Source: Acidobacteriota bacterium (GTDB lineage Bacteria; Acidobacteriota; UBA6911; RPQK01; JAJDTT01). Taken from it: a stretch of 64,000 nucleotides of DNA. Below, piece by piece: positions 49,214-58,343 of this stretch. Below the pieces are notes generated by a model. That model saw only the letters and a list, made by a program, of their open reading frames with translations. It made no database searches and was not told the origin of the DNA. Made by a program: the position numbers and the translations under genes. The stretch is from positions 4,896,001 through 4,960,000 of the forward strand of contig CBDCJH010000002.1 of NCBI GenBank assembly GCA_965217775.1, written 5' to 3'. How positions within the stretch are numbered: position 1 is the first letter of the stretch; each line of letters opens with the position of its first letter.

Positions 49214-50015
49214 GCTGAGCGGAAAGGTCCTGGAACAGGAGAGCTTCCGCCGGTCTCTCTGCCGTCAGATCACGGCCCTGGTTCGCGCCCCTCATCAGGT
49301 CCTTCTGATCCACGGAGGCGGCAAGCAGCTCTCCAGCCTATGCCGCCGGCTGGGAATTCCGGTGGTGCAGCATGAGGGACGACGCGTCACCGACGAGCCC
49401 ACATTGAACGCGGCGAATATGGTCTTCTCGGCCGTAAACCGGGAATTGGTGGCGTCGTTGAATTCCTGCGGCGTCAGGGCCATCGGCTTTGCCGGCTTCG
49501 ATGCCGGACTGGTTCGCTGCCGCCGCCGGGGACCGATCTCCGTGCGGACCACCGGAAGCAACGGCGACTCCGAGAAGCGATTGGTGGATTTCGGTCTGGT
49601 CGGAGAGATCGAGAGCGTCGATCCTCGACTGATCCGGGACCTTTGGGCCGCGAATCTGCTCCCGGTGGTGAGTTGTCTGTGTGCGACGGATGACGGCCGA
49701 ATCCTCAATATCAACGCCGACACTCTCGCCGCCAGCCTCGCCACCGCGTTGCGGGCCGACCGTCTGATTTCGGTGACCGACGTGGACGGTCTCTACCTGG
49801 ACGATTTTCGCGAGACGGTGCCCCGGCTGACCGCGGATGAGGTCCGCGTACACCTGCGGTCCGGCGCCATCAGCGACGGGATGGTCCCCAAGATGCAGAC
49901 CGCCTTGGAGGCATTGGAGCAGCAGATCCCCATGTTTCAGATCGTGGGCGGATTGGCGCCCAACGGCCTGATCCGGGGAATCGAGGGACTGGCGGGGACC
50001 CGCATCGTCCCCTAA
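49197..50015 (+). CDS. argB: Acetylglutamate kinase
   Basis: VIKLSG, HGGG, GRRVTD, DFGLVG, NINAD, TDVDG, GMVPK. Confidence 0.93.
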   Translation: MNLVIKLSGKVLEQESFRRSLCRQITALVRAPHQVLLIHGGGKQLSSLCRRLGIPVVQHEGRRVTDEPTLNAANMVFSAVNRELVASLNSCGVRAIGFAGFDAGLVRCRRRGPISVRTTGSNGDSEKRLVDFGLVGEIESVDPRLIRDLWAANLLPVVSCLCATDDGRILNINADTLAASLATALRADRLISVTDVDGLYLDDFRETVPRLTADEVRVHLRSGAISDGMVPKMQTALEALEQQIPMFQIVGGLAPNGLIRGIEGLAGTRIVP

Positions 50016-50146
50016 CCTGAATTTCTCATCAGGCCGCTGAGCTGATAATGAAAAACATCTTGTTTTCAGTCAACTACGCGGTTTTTATCAAGGTTGCTCC
50101 GGGACCGACTGCGCGCTCGCGCGCGCTCGCTGGTGAGAAATGCGGG
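50016..50146. mobile_element. MITE family B, short 131-bp copy between convergent argB and gatA
   Basis: CCTGAATTTCTCATCAGG ... CTGGTGAGAAATGCGGG; interior homologous to the reverse complement of 10318-10435; flanked by CTAA and CTGA. Confidence 0.8.
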
Positions 50147-50166
50147 CTGACCGGGTCGGGGAGTCG

Positions 50167-51666
50167 TCAGGCGCCCAGAGACAGAGCGGGTTTCACCAGG
50201 CCCAATTCTTGTTCCAGCACGTGCGCGACCCGCAGTAGCCGACCTTCCCGGAAGTGCGGCCCCAGCAGCTGCAGTCCGATCGGCACCCCTTCGGGCGTGT
50301 AGGCGCAGGTCGTGGCCACTCCGGGAATTCCCGCCAGATTGGCAGTGACCGTGTACAGGTCCGACAAATACATCTCCAAGGGATCGGTGATCTTGTCTCC
50401 CTGCAGAAACGGCAGCGATGGGGCGGTGGGTCCCATCAGGAGGTCCGCCCGCTCGAAAGCCCTGAAGTAGTCCTCCTTGATCAGGGTTCGAACCTTGCTG
50501 GCCTTGAGGTAGTATGCATCGTAGTAGCCGGCGCTCAAGACATAAGTCCCGATCATGATCCGCCGCTTGACCTCGTCTCCGAAGCCCTCATTGCGGCTGT
50601 TCCGGTAGGTTTCTTCCAAGGCCCCGATCCTGCCGCTCCGGTGGCCGTATCGCATTCCATCGTAGCGAGCCAGATTCGAACTCGCCTCCGCCAGAGCAAT
50701 GATGTAGTAGGCGGCGATCGCGAACTCCGTATGGGGCAGATCGACCTCCACGATCTCACACCCAACCGCCTCCAGACTGGTTGCCGCGCGCCGGACCGCA
50801 GCTTCGATCCGCGGATCCGGACCGGACGAGAACCACTCCGCCGGAAGACCGATCCTCAGGCCCCGGATGTCGCCTTCGAGCGCTCCAACGAAATCCTCCG
50901 CCGGCCGGCGCGCGGAAGTCGAGTCCATTGGATCGTAGCCGGACACGACCTGCAGAATCATGGCCGCGTCCCGGGCGGTGCGGGCCAACGGTCCAATCTG
51001 GTCCAATGAGGAGGCAAAGGCCACCAGTCCGTAACGGGAAACCCTTCCGTAGGTCGGTTTCAACCCCACGACTCCACAGAAGGCGGCGGGTTGGCGAATC
51101 GAGCCGCCGGTGTCACTCCCCAGGGCGCCCGGCGCCTCCAATGCGGCCACCGCAGCAGCCGACCCGCCGCTGGACCCGCCGGGGACTCGGTTCAGATCCC
51201 AGGGATTGCGGGTGGGGAAGAATCCCGAGTTCTCGGTGGTTGAACCCATGGCGAACTCGTCCAGATTGGTCTTTCCCAGAATCAGCCCTCCGTCAGCCCG
51301 GAGACGGGCGACCGCTGTGGCTTCGTAGGGGGGAACGTAATGCTCCAGAATCCGGGACCCGCAGGTCGTCCGCATTCCTCGGGTAACAATATTGTCCTTC
51401 ACGGCCAAGGGAATCCCGGTCAACAGGCCGGCCTCCCGTTTCCCCGAGACCAGAGACCGATCCAGAGCCCGCGCCTCCAGCAGCAGCGTTTCCGCACGAA
51501 CGCTGATGAAGGCCTGGATCTTGGGGTCGCGCGACCGCATCCGCCGCAGGTAGGCTTCGGCGATTTCTACCGCTGAGAGCTGCCGATTCTTGATCTCCCG
51601 GTGCAGTTGGGCAATGGACAGATCGCAGATTTCACTCGGGCGTCCGGGGGGCTCGTGTTTCATCAC
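50167..51666 (-). CDS. gatA: Asp/Glu-tRNA amidotransferase subunit A
   Basis: KTNLDEFAMGSTTE, GGSSGGS, SDTGGSIRQPA, EASSNLARYDG.RYG, EVKRRI.IGT. Confidence 0.97.
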   Translation of the reverse strand: MMKHEPPGRPSEICDLSIAQLHREIKNRQLSAVEIAEAYLRRMRSRDPKIQAFISVRAETLLLEARALDRSLVSGKREAGLLTGIPLAVKDNIVTRGMRTTCGSRILEHYVPPYEATAVARLRADGGLILGKTNLDEFAMGSTTENSGFFPTRNPWDLNRVPGGSSGGSAAAVAALEAPGALGSDTGGSIRQPAAFCGVVGLKPTYGRVSRYGLVAFASSLDQIGPLARTARDAAMILQVVSGYDPMDSTSARRPAEDFVGALEGDIRGLRIGLPAEWFSSGPDPRIEAAVRRAATSLEAVGCEIVEVDLPHTEFAIAAYYIIALAEASSNLARYDGMRYGHRSGRIGALEETYRNSRNEGFGDEVKRRIMIGTYVLSAGYYDAYYLKASKVRTLIKEDYFRAFERADLLMGPTAPSLPFLQGDKITDPLEMYLSDLYTVTANLAGIPGVATTCAYTPEGVPIGLQLLGPHFREGRLLRVAHVLEQELGLVKPALSLGA

Positions 51667-51959
51667 TCGATGACCCTGGGCACTCGGAAGTACCCTTTTT
51701 GAGCCTTGGGCGCCCCCTCCAGGACCGCTTCCGGCGCCAGCGAGGGCCGGGTCCGATCCGGACGCACGGCGCCCGCTTCCGGAATTTCCGCCAAGCCATG
51801 ATAGGTCGGCGCCACCCCTTCCGTGTCCACCTGCCGGAGTTGTTCGAAATAGTCCAGAATCCGCTGGAACTGGGCGACGAACCGTTGCAGTTCATCGGGA
51901 GAGAACTCCAGATGGGCCAACTCGGCGATTCTTTGGACTTCTTTGGGAGTGATGCTCAT
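51663..51959 (-). CDS. gatC: Asp/Glu-tRNA amidotransferase subunit C
   Basis: V..IA.LA.L, IL.YF.QL..VDT.GV, F.VPRVI. Confidence 0.95.
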   Translation of the reverse strand: MSITPKEVQRIAELAHLEFSPDELQRFVAQFQRILDYFEQLRQVDTEGVAPTYHGLAEIPEAGAVRPDRTRPSLAPEAVLEGAPKAQKGYFRVPRVIE

Positions 51960-52912
51960 TGGGGCTTCTGCTCGAGGACCGAATCCGACTTCATTCCATA
52001 TTTGCGGGCCACGCGTACGTCACACCCGAGTTGCCGTTTCAAGGCTTCCAGGTTGCGGAATCGCTTCTCCGCACGCAGCCGGCACCAGAAATCGAGCGTC
52101 ATGAACTCTCCATACAGGTCGCAGTCCGCATCCAGAAAATAGGTCTCGACCACCGGTTTTTCCGCGGGTTCACCGAGCGTGGGCCGGTAGCCTACATTAG
52201 TGGCGCCGACAAAAACAGCGCCGTTGACCGTCGCTCGAGTGACGTACACCCCAGTTGCCGGTATGAGCTCGCTGGCCGGCTGAAGATTCGCCGTCGGGTA
52301 TCCCAGGTCCGCGCCTCTGCCCGATCCCCTCACCACCGTACCCAGGATCTGGTAGGGGCGTTTCAGAAGGCGCCGGCAGAGTGCCACCCTCCCTTGGGCC
52401 AACAGCTTGCGGACGACCGTGCTGCTGACACGTTGTCCCCGAAAGCGGACCGAATCGATGGAAAAGACCTCAAACCCGAACTTCCGGCCCAGCGACTCCA
52501 AGGTCTTGAAATCGCCTGTTCTCCCATAACCGAAGCGGAAGTTGCTGCCCACGTGAATCTCCCTCACGCCATGGGAGCCCAGCACGTCCCGGACGAAGCG
52601 TTCCGGACTGAATCGGGAGACCTGGCGGCTGAAGGGGTAACGTACCAGGATGTCCAGACCCATCTCGCTGAGGAGACGATGCTTCTGCGCCGGCAACTGC
52701 AACAAGGAGGGCGCGTCCGCCGGCGAAATGATTTTCTGAGGATGAGGGGTAAAGGTGAGGAGAATCCCGGTCCCATTCATTTCTCGCGCCCGCCGCACCA
52801 CCCCTTTGACGATCGCCTGATGGCCCAGATGCAGGCCGTCGAAGACTCCGATCGTTGCCACCGGATAGGGCAGTCCGGGAGGGAGATGCTTCAGGTCGTC
52901 AATGATCTGCAT
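51956..52912 (-). CDS. ribF: Bifunctional riboflavin kinase/FAD synthetase
   Basis: IG.FDGLHLGH, FRFG, SST, G.PTANL, GVY, NVG.RPT, R.EKRF. Confidence 0.96.
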   Translation of the reverse strand: MQIIDDLKHLPPGLPYPVATIGVFDGLHLGHQAIVKGVVRRAREMNGTGILLTFTPHPQKIISPADAPSLLQLPAQKHRLLSEMGLDILVRYPFSRQVSRFSPERFVRDVLGSHGVREIHVGSNFRFGYGRTGDFKTLESLGRKFGFEVFSIDSVRFRGQRVSSTVVRKLLAQGRVALCRRLLKRPYQILGTVVRGSGRGADLGYPTANLQPASELIPATGVYVTRATVNGAVFVGATNVGYRPTLGEPAEKPVVETYFLDADCDLYGEFMTLDFWCRLRAEKRFRNLEALKRQLGCDVRVARKYGMKSDSVLEQKPQ

Positions 52913-52951
52913 GTTCTTTCACGATGCGGGAGTTCGTAGCGGTGACTCGAG

Positions 52952-53707
52952 TCATACGTCCAGGACAAGACCGTCATGGGCCAGACTGACTGAATCCGGA
53001 AGGTAGGCATTCCCCTCGTCGTGGTCCACTTCGTGGCAGATGTGGACCAGATAGGTTCGCTCGGGCCCAATACGAGCCGCTGCCTCGACCGCTTCCGGCA
53101 GGCTGAAGTGCGTCGGATGACTCTGATAGCGCAGGCCGTCCAGCACCAGGCACTCCACCCCTCGGAGGCGCTCGAAGCTGACCTCCGGAATGTAGCTCAC
53201 ATCGGTCAGGTAGGCGAAGCGCCCGATCCGGAAACCCAGCACCGGCATCCGGCCATGCATTAGGTCGATGGGCTCGATCTCCAGGCCCCCCACTTGGAAC
53301 TTGCCGGCAACCGGAATCAGCTCGACGCTGGGAACGCCGGGATATCCCTTGCCGTCGAAGAGGTGCCGGAAGGTCACCGCGATCTCTTTGAGGGTGGCTT
53401 TACTCCCATAAGCGGGTACCGTCTGCTCCGACCACATGTTGAAGGGGTAGACGTCGTCGAGTCCGAGAATGTGGTCCACGTGAGAATGGGTATAGAGGAG
53501 GGCGTCGAGGTGACGAACCCCGTACCGCAGCATCTGAACACGGAAGTCGACGGAAGTATCGATGACGAACGTCACCTTGCCCTGGATCAGGAGCGAACTC
53601 CGCAGCCGCTGGTTTTTCGGATTGTCCGACCGGCAAACCTTGCAATCACATCCAATGACGGGAATCCCGCGGGAGGTCCCGGTTCCCAGAAAGGTCACCC
53701 GCATCAC
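52952..53707 (-). CDS. MBL-fold metallo-hydrolase (PhnP-like)
   Basis: FLGTGTS.G.P.IGCDC.VC, THSHVDHILG.DD, AYLTD, H.CH. Confidence 0.92.
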   Translation of the reverse strand: MMRVTFLGTGTSRGIPVIGCDCKVCRSDNPKNQRLRSSLLIQGKVTFVIDTSVDFRVQMLRYGVRHLDALLYTHSHVDHILGLDDVYPFNMWSEQTVPAYGSKATLKEIAVTFRHLFDGKGYPGVPSVELIPVAGKFQVGGLEIEPIDLMHGRMPVLGFRIGRFAYLTDVSYIPEVSFERLRGVECLVLDGLRYQSHPTHFSLPEAVEAAARIGPERTYLVHICHEVDHDEGNAYLPDSVSLAHDGLVLDV

Positions 53708-54135
53708 AGCTTGATCGAGTTGGACTGCCTCATCACACCCATCTGCATCTCGTAGATCAGACCGTCCAACAGCCTCGCCTCCTCCGCTGACAAATTCCCT
53801 CGAGTCTTGTCCCTCAGGACCGACAGGATTTCAATCATTTGCCGGACGCCCGGAAGGTTCTCCTGTTTCTTGCCGGTCACCGGGTCAGGAATGGCACCCA
53901 GATGAACCATGCCGGTGGTGGCCAGGGACAGGACGAAGCCGGAAAAATCGATCCCTGTTTCAGCGGACGCGTCGCCTGCCCCGGGAGGCAGCGTCTCCCT
54001 GGCGTCCGTCTCGATCGTGCTTTTCTCCACTGTCTTCGATGCCTTCTCCGGGTGGGCCGTTCGCAACTCTCCTTCCTCGGAGAAGATCCTTCGATCATGA
54101 ACCTTGAATCCTCCCTGGCCCGAATCTCCCGTCAT
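53704..54135 (-). CDS. DUF1844 domain-containing protein
   Basis: FKVHDRR N-terminus; F..FV.SL.......LG..PDP, I..L..L..KTRGNL..EE. Confidence 0.88.
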   Translation of the reverse strand: MTGDSGQGGFKVHDRRIFSEEGELRTAHPEKASKTVEKSTIETDARETLPPGAGDASAETGIDFSGFVLSLATTGMVHLGAIPDPVTGKKQENLPGVRQMIEILSVLRDKTRGNLSAEEARLLDGLIYEMQMGVMRQSNSIKL

Positions 54136-54143
54136 GAATTCGC
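54063..54143. repeat. 81-bp direct repeat, copy A (partner at 55280-55360)
   Basis: 74 of 81 nt identical by hand alignment; the two copies bracket the zinc dehydrogenase gene. Confidence 0.92.
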
Positions 54144-54222
54144 CCCCTCTTCGTTCGTCAGTTCGGAATCGCCCATGTTTCCCGCACCGGGAACAGCGGT
54201 CAAGGTCGCATTTCTCACCGCA

Positions 54223-55257
54223 TCAAGGCTGGAGGATGACCTTTGTCAGTCCAGGCTCGCGCGCGTACAGCCTGTCGAACATTTCCTGCCCGCGTTCCAG
54301 CGGTACCGAGGCGCTCAGAACCGGTCGCACCCGGATGGCGCCGCGCCGCATCAAGTCCAGGCAGGCAGGGTAGTCGTTGGAAGACGCGCAGGAGCCGAGG
54401 ACGTCGATTTCCCGGGTCACGACGCTCTGCAGGCCGAAGCTGACGGTCGACGCGATATTACCGATCAGGACGACCCTCCCTCCCTTGCGCACGCTGTCGA
54501 GCGACATCGATACGGTGGCGTCGACCCCCACGGCCTCCATCACCAGATCCGCCCCCAGACCGCCGGTGAGCTCCCTCACGACTGCCGGCACCTCCGTACC
54601 GCCGCCGGACTGAACGGTCTCGTCCGCTCCAAGTTCCTGCGCCAGCCGCAGGCGGTCGGCCGCCAGGTCGACCACGAAGATCCGGCCGCAGCCCGCGCTG
54701 CGCAGCGCCTGGATCGTCAGCAGACCGATCATCCCTGCTCCCACAACCAGTGCCTTGTCCCCGAGCGACGGGTTGGCGCGCGCGACGGCATGCACGGCGA
54801 CCGAGACCGGTTCCACCATGGCCGCCTCGTCGAAGCTGACACCGTCAGGCACCCGGAACACGATGTGGTTCGGCACGGCCACGTATTCGGCAAATGCCCC
54901 GTGCCGCCGATAGTCAGCGCAGGAGACACCGAGCACGCGCCGGTCCTCGCAGAGGTTTGGCCGGCCTTCCCGGCAGAACAGGCAGTTCCGGCAGCAGATC
55001 ATCGAGTCAAAGGTGACCCGTTCGCCCGGGTCGAAGCCGCGTACTGCGCCTCCCACCTTTGCGACTACGCCCGAGGCCTCGTGGCCCATGATCACCGGCG
55101 GGATCCGGCGCCCGGAGTTTCCGTCGTAGCCGTGCACGTCGCTTCCGCAGATCCCGCACGAGCGCACCCGGACCAGCACCTCGTCGGGCGCGGCATCGGG
55201 GCTCGGGACCTCCATCAGGTCAAGCTTCTTGTATTCGTTCAGGACGAGCGCCTTCAT
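54223..55257 (-). CDS. Zinc-dependent polyol dehydrogenase (galactitol-1-phosphate/L-iditol DH-like)
   Basis: CGICGSDVH, MGHE, C.NC.FC.......C, VEPVSVA.H, VGAGMIG. Confidence 0.92.
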   Translation of the reverse strand: MKALVLNEYKKLDLMEVPSPDAAPDEVLVRVRSCGICGSDVHGYDGNSGRRIPPVIMGHEASGVVAKVGGAVRGFDPGERVTFDSMICCRNCLFCREGRPNLCEDRRVLGVSCADYRRHGAFAEYVAVPNHIVFRVPDGVSFDEAAMVEPVSVAVHAVARANPSLGDKALVVGAGMIGLLTIQALRSAGCGRIFVVDLAADRLRLAQELGADETVQSGGGTEVPAVVRELTGGLGADLVMEAVGVDATVSMSLDSVRKGGRVVLIGNIASTVSFGLQSVVTREIDVLGSCASSNDYPACLDLMRRGAIRVRPVLSASVPLERGQEMFDRLYAREPGLTKVILQP

Positions 55258-55352
55258 TTTTTCCTGGGGCCGGCCGCCGGCAACTCTCCATCATGGGAGA
55301 AGATCCTTCGATCCTGAACCTTGAATCCTCCCTGGCCTGATGCTCCCGTCAT
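55254..55352 (-). pseudogene. Truncated 5' copy of the DUF1844 gene forming a 32-aa ORF
   Basis: MTGASGQGGFKVQDRRIFSHDGELPAAGPRKK*; its start overlaps the mazG stop (ATGA) and its stop overlaps the dehydrogenase start (ATGA). Confidence 0.8.
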
Positions 55353-56263
55353 GAATTCGCTCTCTCCGCGCCTGACACTGAGCTCGAAGCCCTACCGTCA
55401 GATCCGAGCACCTGTTTCTGGCTCTGCCATTGCCGCTCCATTTCCTCCGGTTCAACCTCTGCCAGCGCCCTGCCCTGTCGAGAAAAGTGCTCTTCCATGG
55501 CTCGGTAGCGATGCGAAAATTTGCGGTTGGCCCGATTCAGTGAAGTCTCCGGGTCGACCTGGAGGAAACGAGCCACGTTGATGGCGGCAAAGAGAAAATC
55601 GCCGACTTCTTCCCGAATGTCCGCCTCGTTTCCCTTGCGCACGGCGTTCGCCAATTCCTGGAATTCCTCCATGACCTTGTCGCCCACAGCCTCCAGACTC
55701 GGCCAATCGAAGCCGACTCGAGCGGCTTTGGCCGACATCTGATAGGTAGCGTAAATGGCAGGCAATCGATCCGGCAAGGACTCCAACAGAGACTTCCGTT
55801 CCTCACACTGGCCACGATCCTTCTTCTCACCGGCCTTGATTCGTTCCCATTCCCTCAACAATTCCTCGCTCGACTCGAAACGAGCCTGCCCGAAGACGTG
55901 GGGATGCCGGCGGACCATCTTCTGGTGGATGGTCCTGCAGACGTCGTCGATATCGAACTCGTCTCTCTCTTTGGCGATCCGACTATGAAAGACGATTTGC
56001 AACAACAGGTCTCCCAACTCGTCACACAGCGCGGCCGGAGACGACCAATCCAGCGCCTCCAAGACTTCGTAGCTCTCTTCGATCAGCATCGCTTTGAGGG
56101 TTTCGGGCGTTTGCTCCCGATCCCATGGACAGCCGCCGGGACCCCTCAGCGTATCCATCAACTCCACGAGCTTCCGAAAATGGTGATGGCCGGCCGCATT
56201 TCCCGTGTCGTTGCCGTGCGACGGTTCTGAACCGAGCGCGTCTTCCGGATCGAACGCAGTCAA
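55349..56263 (-). CDS. mazG: Nucleoside triphosphate pyrophosphohydrolase
   Basis: LR...GCPWDREQT, EE.YE, ELGDLL.Q..FH, RRHPHVF, GFDW, E.GD.LF. Confidence 0.96.
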   Translation of the reverse strand: MTAFDPEDALGSEPSHGNDTGNAAGHHHFRKLVELMDTLRGPGGCPWDREQTPETLKAMLIEESYEVLEALDWSSPAALCDELGDLLLQIVFHSRIAKERDEFDIDDVCRTIHQKMVRRHPHVFGQARFESSEELLREWERIKAGEKKDRGQCEERKSLLESLPDRLPAIYATYQMSAKAARVGFDWPSLEAVGDKVMEEFQELANAVRKGNEADIREEVGDFLFAAINVARFLQVDPETSLNRANRKFSHRYRAMEEHFSRQGRALAEVEPEEMERQWQSQKQVLGSDGRASSSVSGAERANS

Positions 56264-58092
56264 TTCCCAATCACCTCGAACTTTTCGATCGGAAGCAGCG
56301 GGTCCGCCTTAACCCGAACTTTCTGCCCCGTCATCTTCTTGATCTCCTTGAGCACCGCGCTTTCCCGTCCCCGTAACGCCTTCCCGATCTCCGGATGGCA
56401 ACGAATGGTCATCGACCTGGCGTCCGGAGAGAGGGGAAGCAGCTTCTGCACCTGGTGATGAACGGAGTAGCAGACGGTGCGGACGGAACGGGTCAGGCCG
56501 GTGCCCTCACAGACCGTACATTTTTGCGAGAGCGTCCTCTCCAGGGACTGCTTGTCCCGTTTCCGGGTCAGCGCCACCAACCCGAACTCGTTGAAATCGA
56601 GAACCTTGAACGGAGCCTTGTCCTTGGACAACTCCCGGCGGAGCGCATCCAGAACCTGCCTCCGGTTCGCGCTGTCGGACATGTCAATGAAATCGATAAC
56701 GATGATTCCGCCGATGTTGCGAAGCCGGATCTGGCGCACCAGCTCCTTGACGACCTCCAGGTTGGTCCTGGTGATCGTGTCCTCCAGAGAATCGGTCTTA
56801 CCCACGTAGCGGCCGGTGTTGACGTCGATAGCGACCAGCGCCTCGGTCTGATTGATCACGATGTGACCGCCGCTCTTCAACCAGACCTTCGGGCGCAACG
56901 CCTTTTCGATCTCTACGCCGATCCCGTAGTCTTCCAGAATATCCGAGTCCTTGGGGTACAGCTTGATTCGCGAGACCAGTTCGGGACTCAGACGCCGAAC
57001 CATCTCCAACGTCCTTTCGTATTCCGCCTCATCGTCGATGTAGACATGGCGAAAGTCCGCGGAAAGATAGTCTCGCACCACCCTCTGCGACAGGCTCGAC
57101 TCGGAGTAGAGCAGCGCCGGCGCCGCCGCCCGTTGACCCTTCCTCTTGACCTGGTCCCAGAGCCGGGTGAGGTATTCCATATCACGCCTCAACTCCTCCT
57201 CCGAATGGTTCTCCGCCACCGTTCGTACGATGAAGCCACCTTTGGAGAAATCGCGCCGCAATTCACGGATCAGCCCCCTCAACCGTCGTCGTTCCTCATC
57301 GGACACGATTCGCCGTGACACGCCGACGTGGCTGACGGTCGGCATATAGACCAGGTACCGCCCAGGAAACGCCACATGGGAAGTAATGCGAGCCCCCTTC
57401 CTGCCGATCGGCTCCTTGGCGATTTGAACCAGAATCTCCTGATTTTCCTGAAGCACGCTCCCGATGGGCAGATGAGTCATAGATCCGCTGCCCCGCCGCT
57501 TGCGGCTCCGATTCCTCCGAGCCGAATTTCCGGCGCTGCCGTTGCCCCTGTCGCCGCCCGACCCGCCCGCGCCTCTTCCGCCCGGGCCTGGCGAAGAAGA
57601 ATCGAATCCACTCAACCGCTCGGGCAGGATCTGGGGAGACCAGCCTGCGGCGGCCGTCCCCATGGCAACGCTCTCCGGACCGATTCCGCGATCCGGAGCG
57701 ATTCGGAAGGGGAGAATAGAAGTTCGGATCGATCCCTCGGATGAGAGCTCGCTCCCGCCGGAGCGGACCGGCAGCGGTTCTGAGATGGCCCCTGGACTTT
57801 CGGTGACCGCCGCCCAATCGGCCTCAGCCTGCGCCCCCAAACCCTCGTCGCCGCCGGGCTGCTTCTCTTCCAGGAAGTCCGAGACAAAGAGAAACCCACT
57901 GCGGCCCAAGCCGACGTCCACAAAGGCCGCCTCCATCCCCGGCAGGATCTTGGTCACGCGGCCCTTGTAGATGTTGCCCAGTATGCCCCTGGTCTTTTCC
58001 CTCTCGATGAAGACTTCCGCAACCTTCCCGTCTTCCAGGAGTGCGATCGTCATCTCGAGTGGAGTCGAGCCGATGATGAGTTCCTTGATCAT
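56260..58092 (-). CDS. rng: Rne/Rng family ribonuclease with a long insert in the S1 domain
   Basis: GNIYKGRV..ILPGM.AAFVD, LVQ..KEP...KGAR, IDVNTG, Q.RLRNIGGIIVIDFIDM, C..C.G.G. Confidence 0.9.
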   Translation of the reverse strand: MIKELIIGSTPLEMTIALLEDGKVAEVFIEREKTRGILGNIYKGRVTKILPGMEAAFVDVGLGRSGFLFVSDFLEEKQPGGDEGLGAQAEADWAAVTESPGAISEPLPVRSGGSELSSEGSIRTSILPFRIAPDRGIGPESVAMGTAAAGWSPQILPERLSGFDSSSPGPGGRGAGGSGGDRGNGSAGNSARRNRSRKRRGSGSMTHLPIGSVLQENQEILVQIAKEPIGRKGARITSHVAFPGRYLVYMPTVSHVGVSRRIVSDEERRRLRGLIRELRRDFSKGGFIVRTVAENHSEEELRRDMEYLTRLWDQVKRKGQRAAAPALLYSESSLSQRVVRDYLSADFRHVYIDDEAEYERTLEMVRRLSPELVSRIKLYPKDSDILEDYGIGVEIEKALRPKVWLKSGGHIVINQTEALVAIDVNTGRYVGKTDSLEDTITRTNLEVVKELVRQIRLRNIGGIIVIDFIDMSDSANRRQVLDALRRELSKDKAPFKVLDFNEFGLVALTRKRDKQSLERTLSQKCTVCEGTGLTRSVRTVCYSVHHQVQKLLPLSPDARSMTIRCHPEIGKALRGRESAVLKEIKKMTGQKVRVKADPLLPIEKFEVIGN

Positions 58093-58343
58093 TGCACCCT
58101 CGGGAAACGATCTTGCAGCGGGACCGGTGAAGAGAACGAAATCGTCTGGCGGCCGCCAGCTCAGGTCTGCCTCCGTCCGCGCCGACGCGTCGTATCCGCG
58201 CTCATTATACCCTCAACGCTCGCGCCACGGCTTCCATTCTCCCGTTGGAACACCGCAGCTCCGGGCGGCGACTCCGAGTATCGGAACCAGAGGAACGCGG
58301 GGAGAAGCGGCGTGGGTCGACCGGGCGGCCAACTACCGGCGGC

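Noticed and set aside
47007-50015. argC/argD/argB as LysW-dependent lysY/lysJ/lysZ
   Set aside because: No lysW carrier or lysX/argX ligase in the window, and the acetyl-pathway reading fits the motifs. It cannot be fully excluded without phylogeny.
50167-51959. gatB missing after gatC-gatA
   Set aside because: A split gatCA/gatB arrangement is common, so gatB is probably elsewhere in the genome.
58093-58343. 250-bp gap between rodA and rng as an ncRNA
   Set aside because: It contains a TATAAT (58204-58209, minus strand) consistent with an rng promoter and 5' UTR; no known RNA motif recognised.
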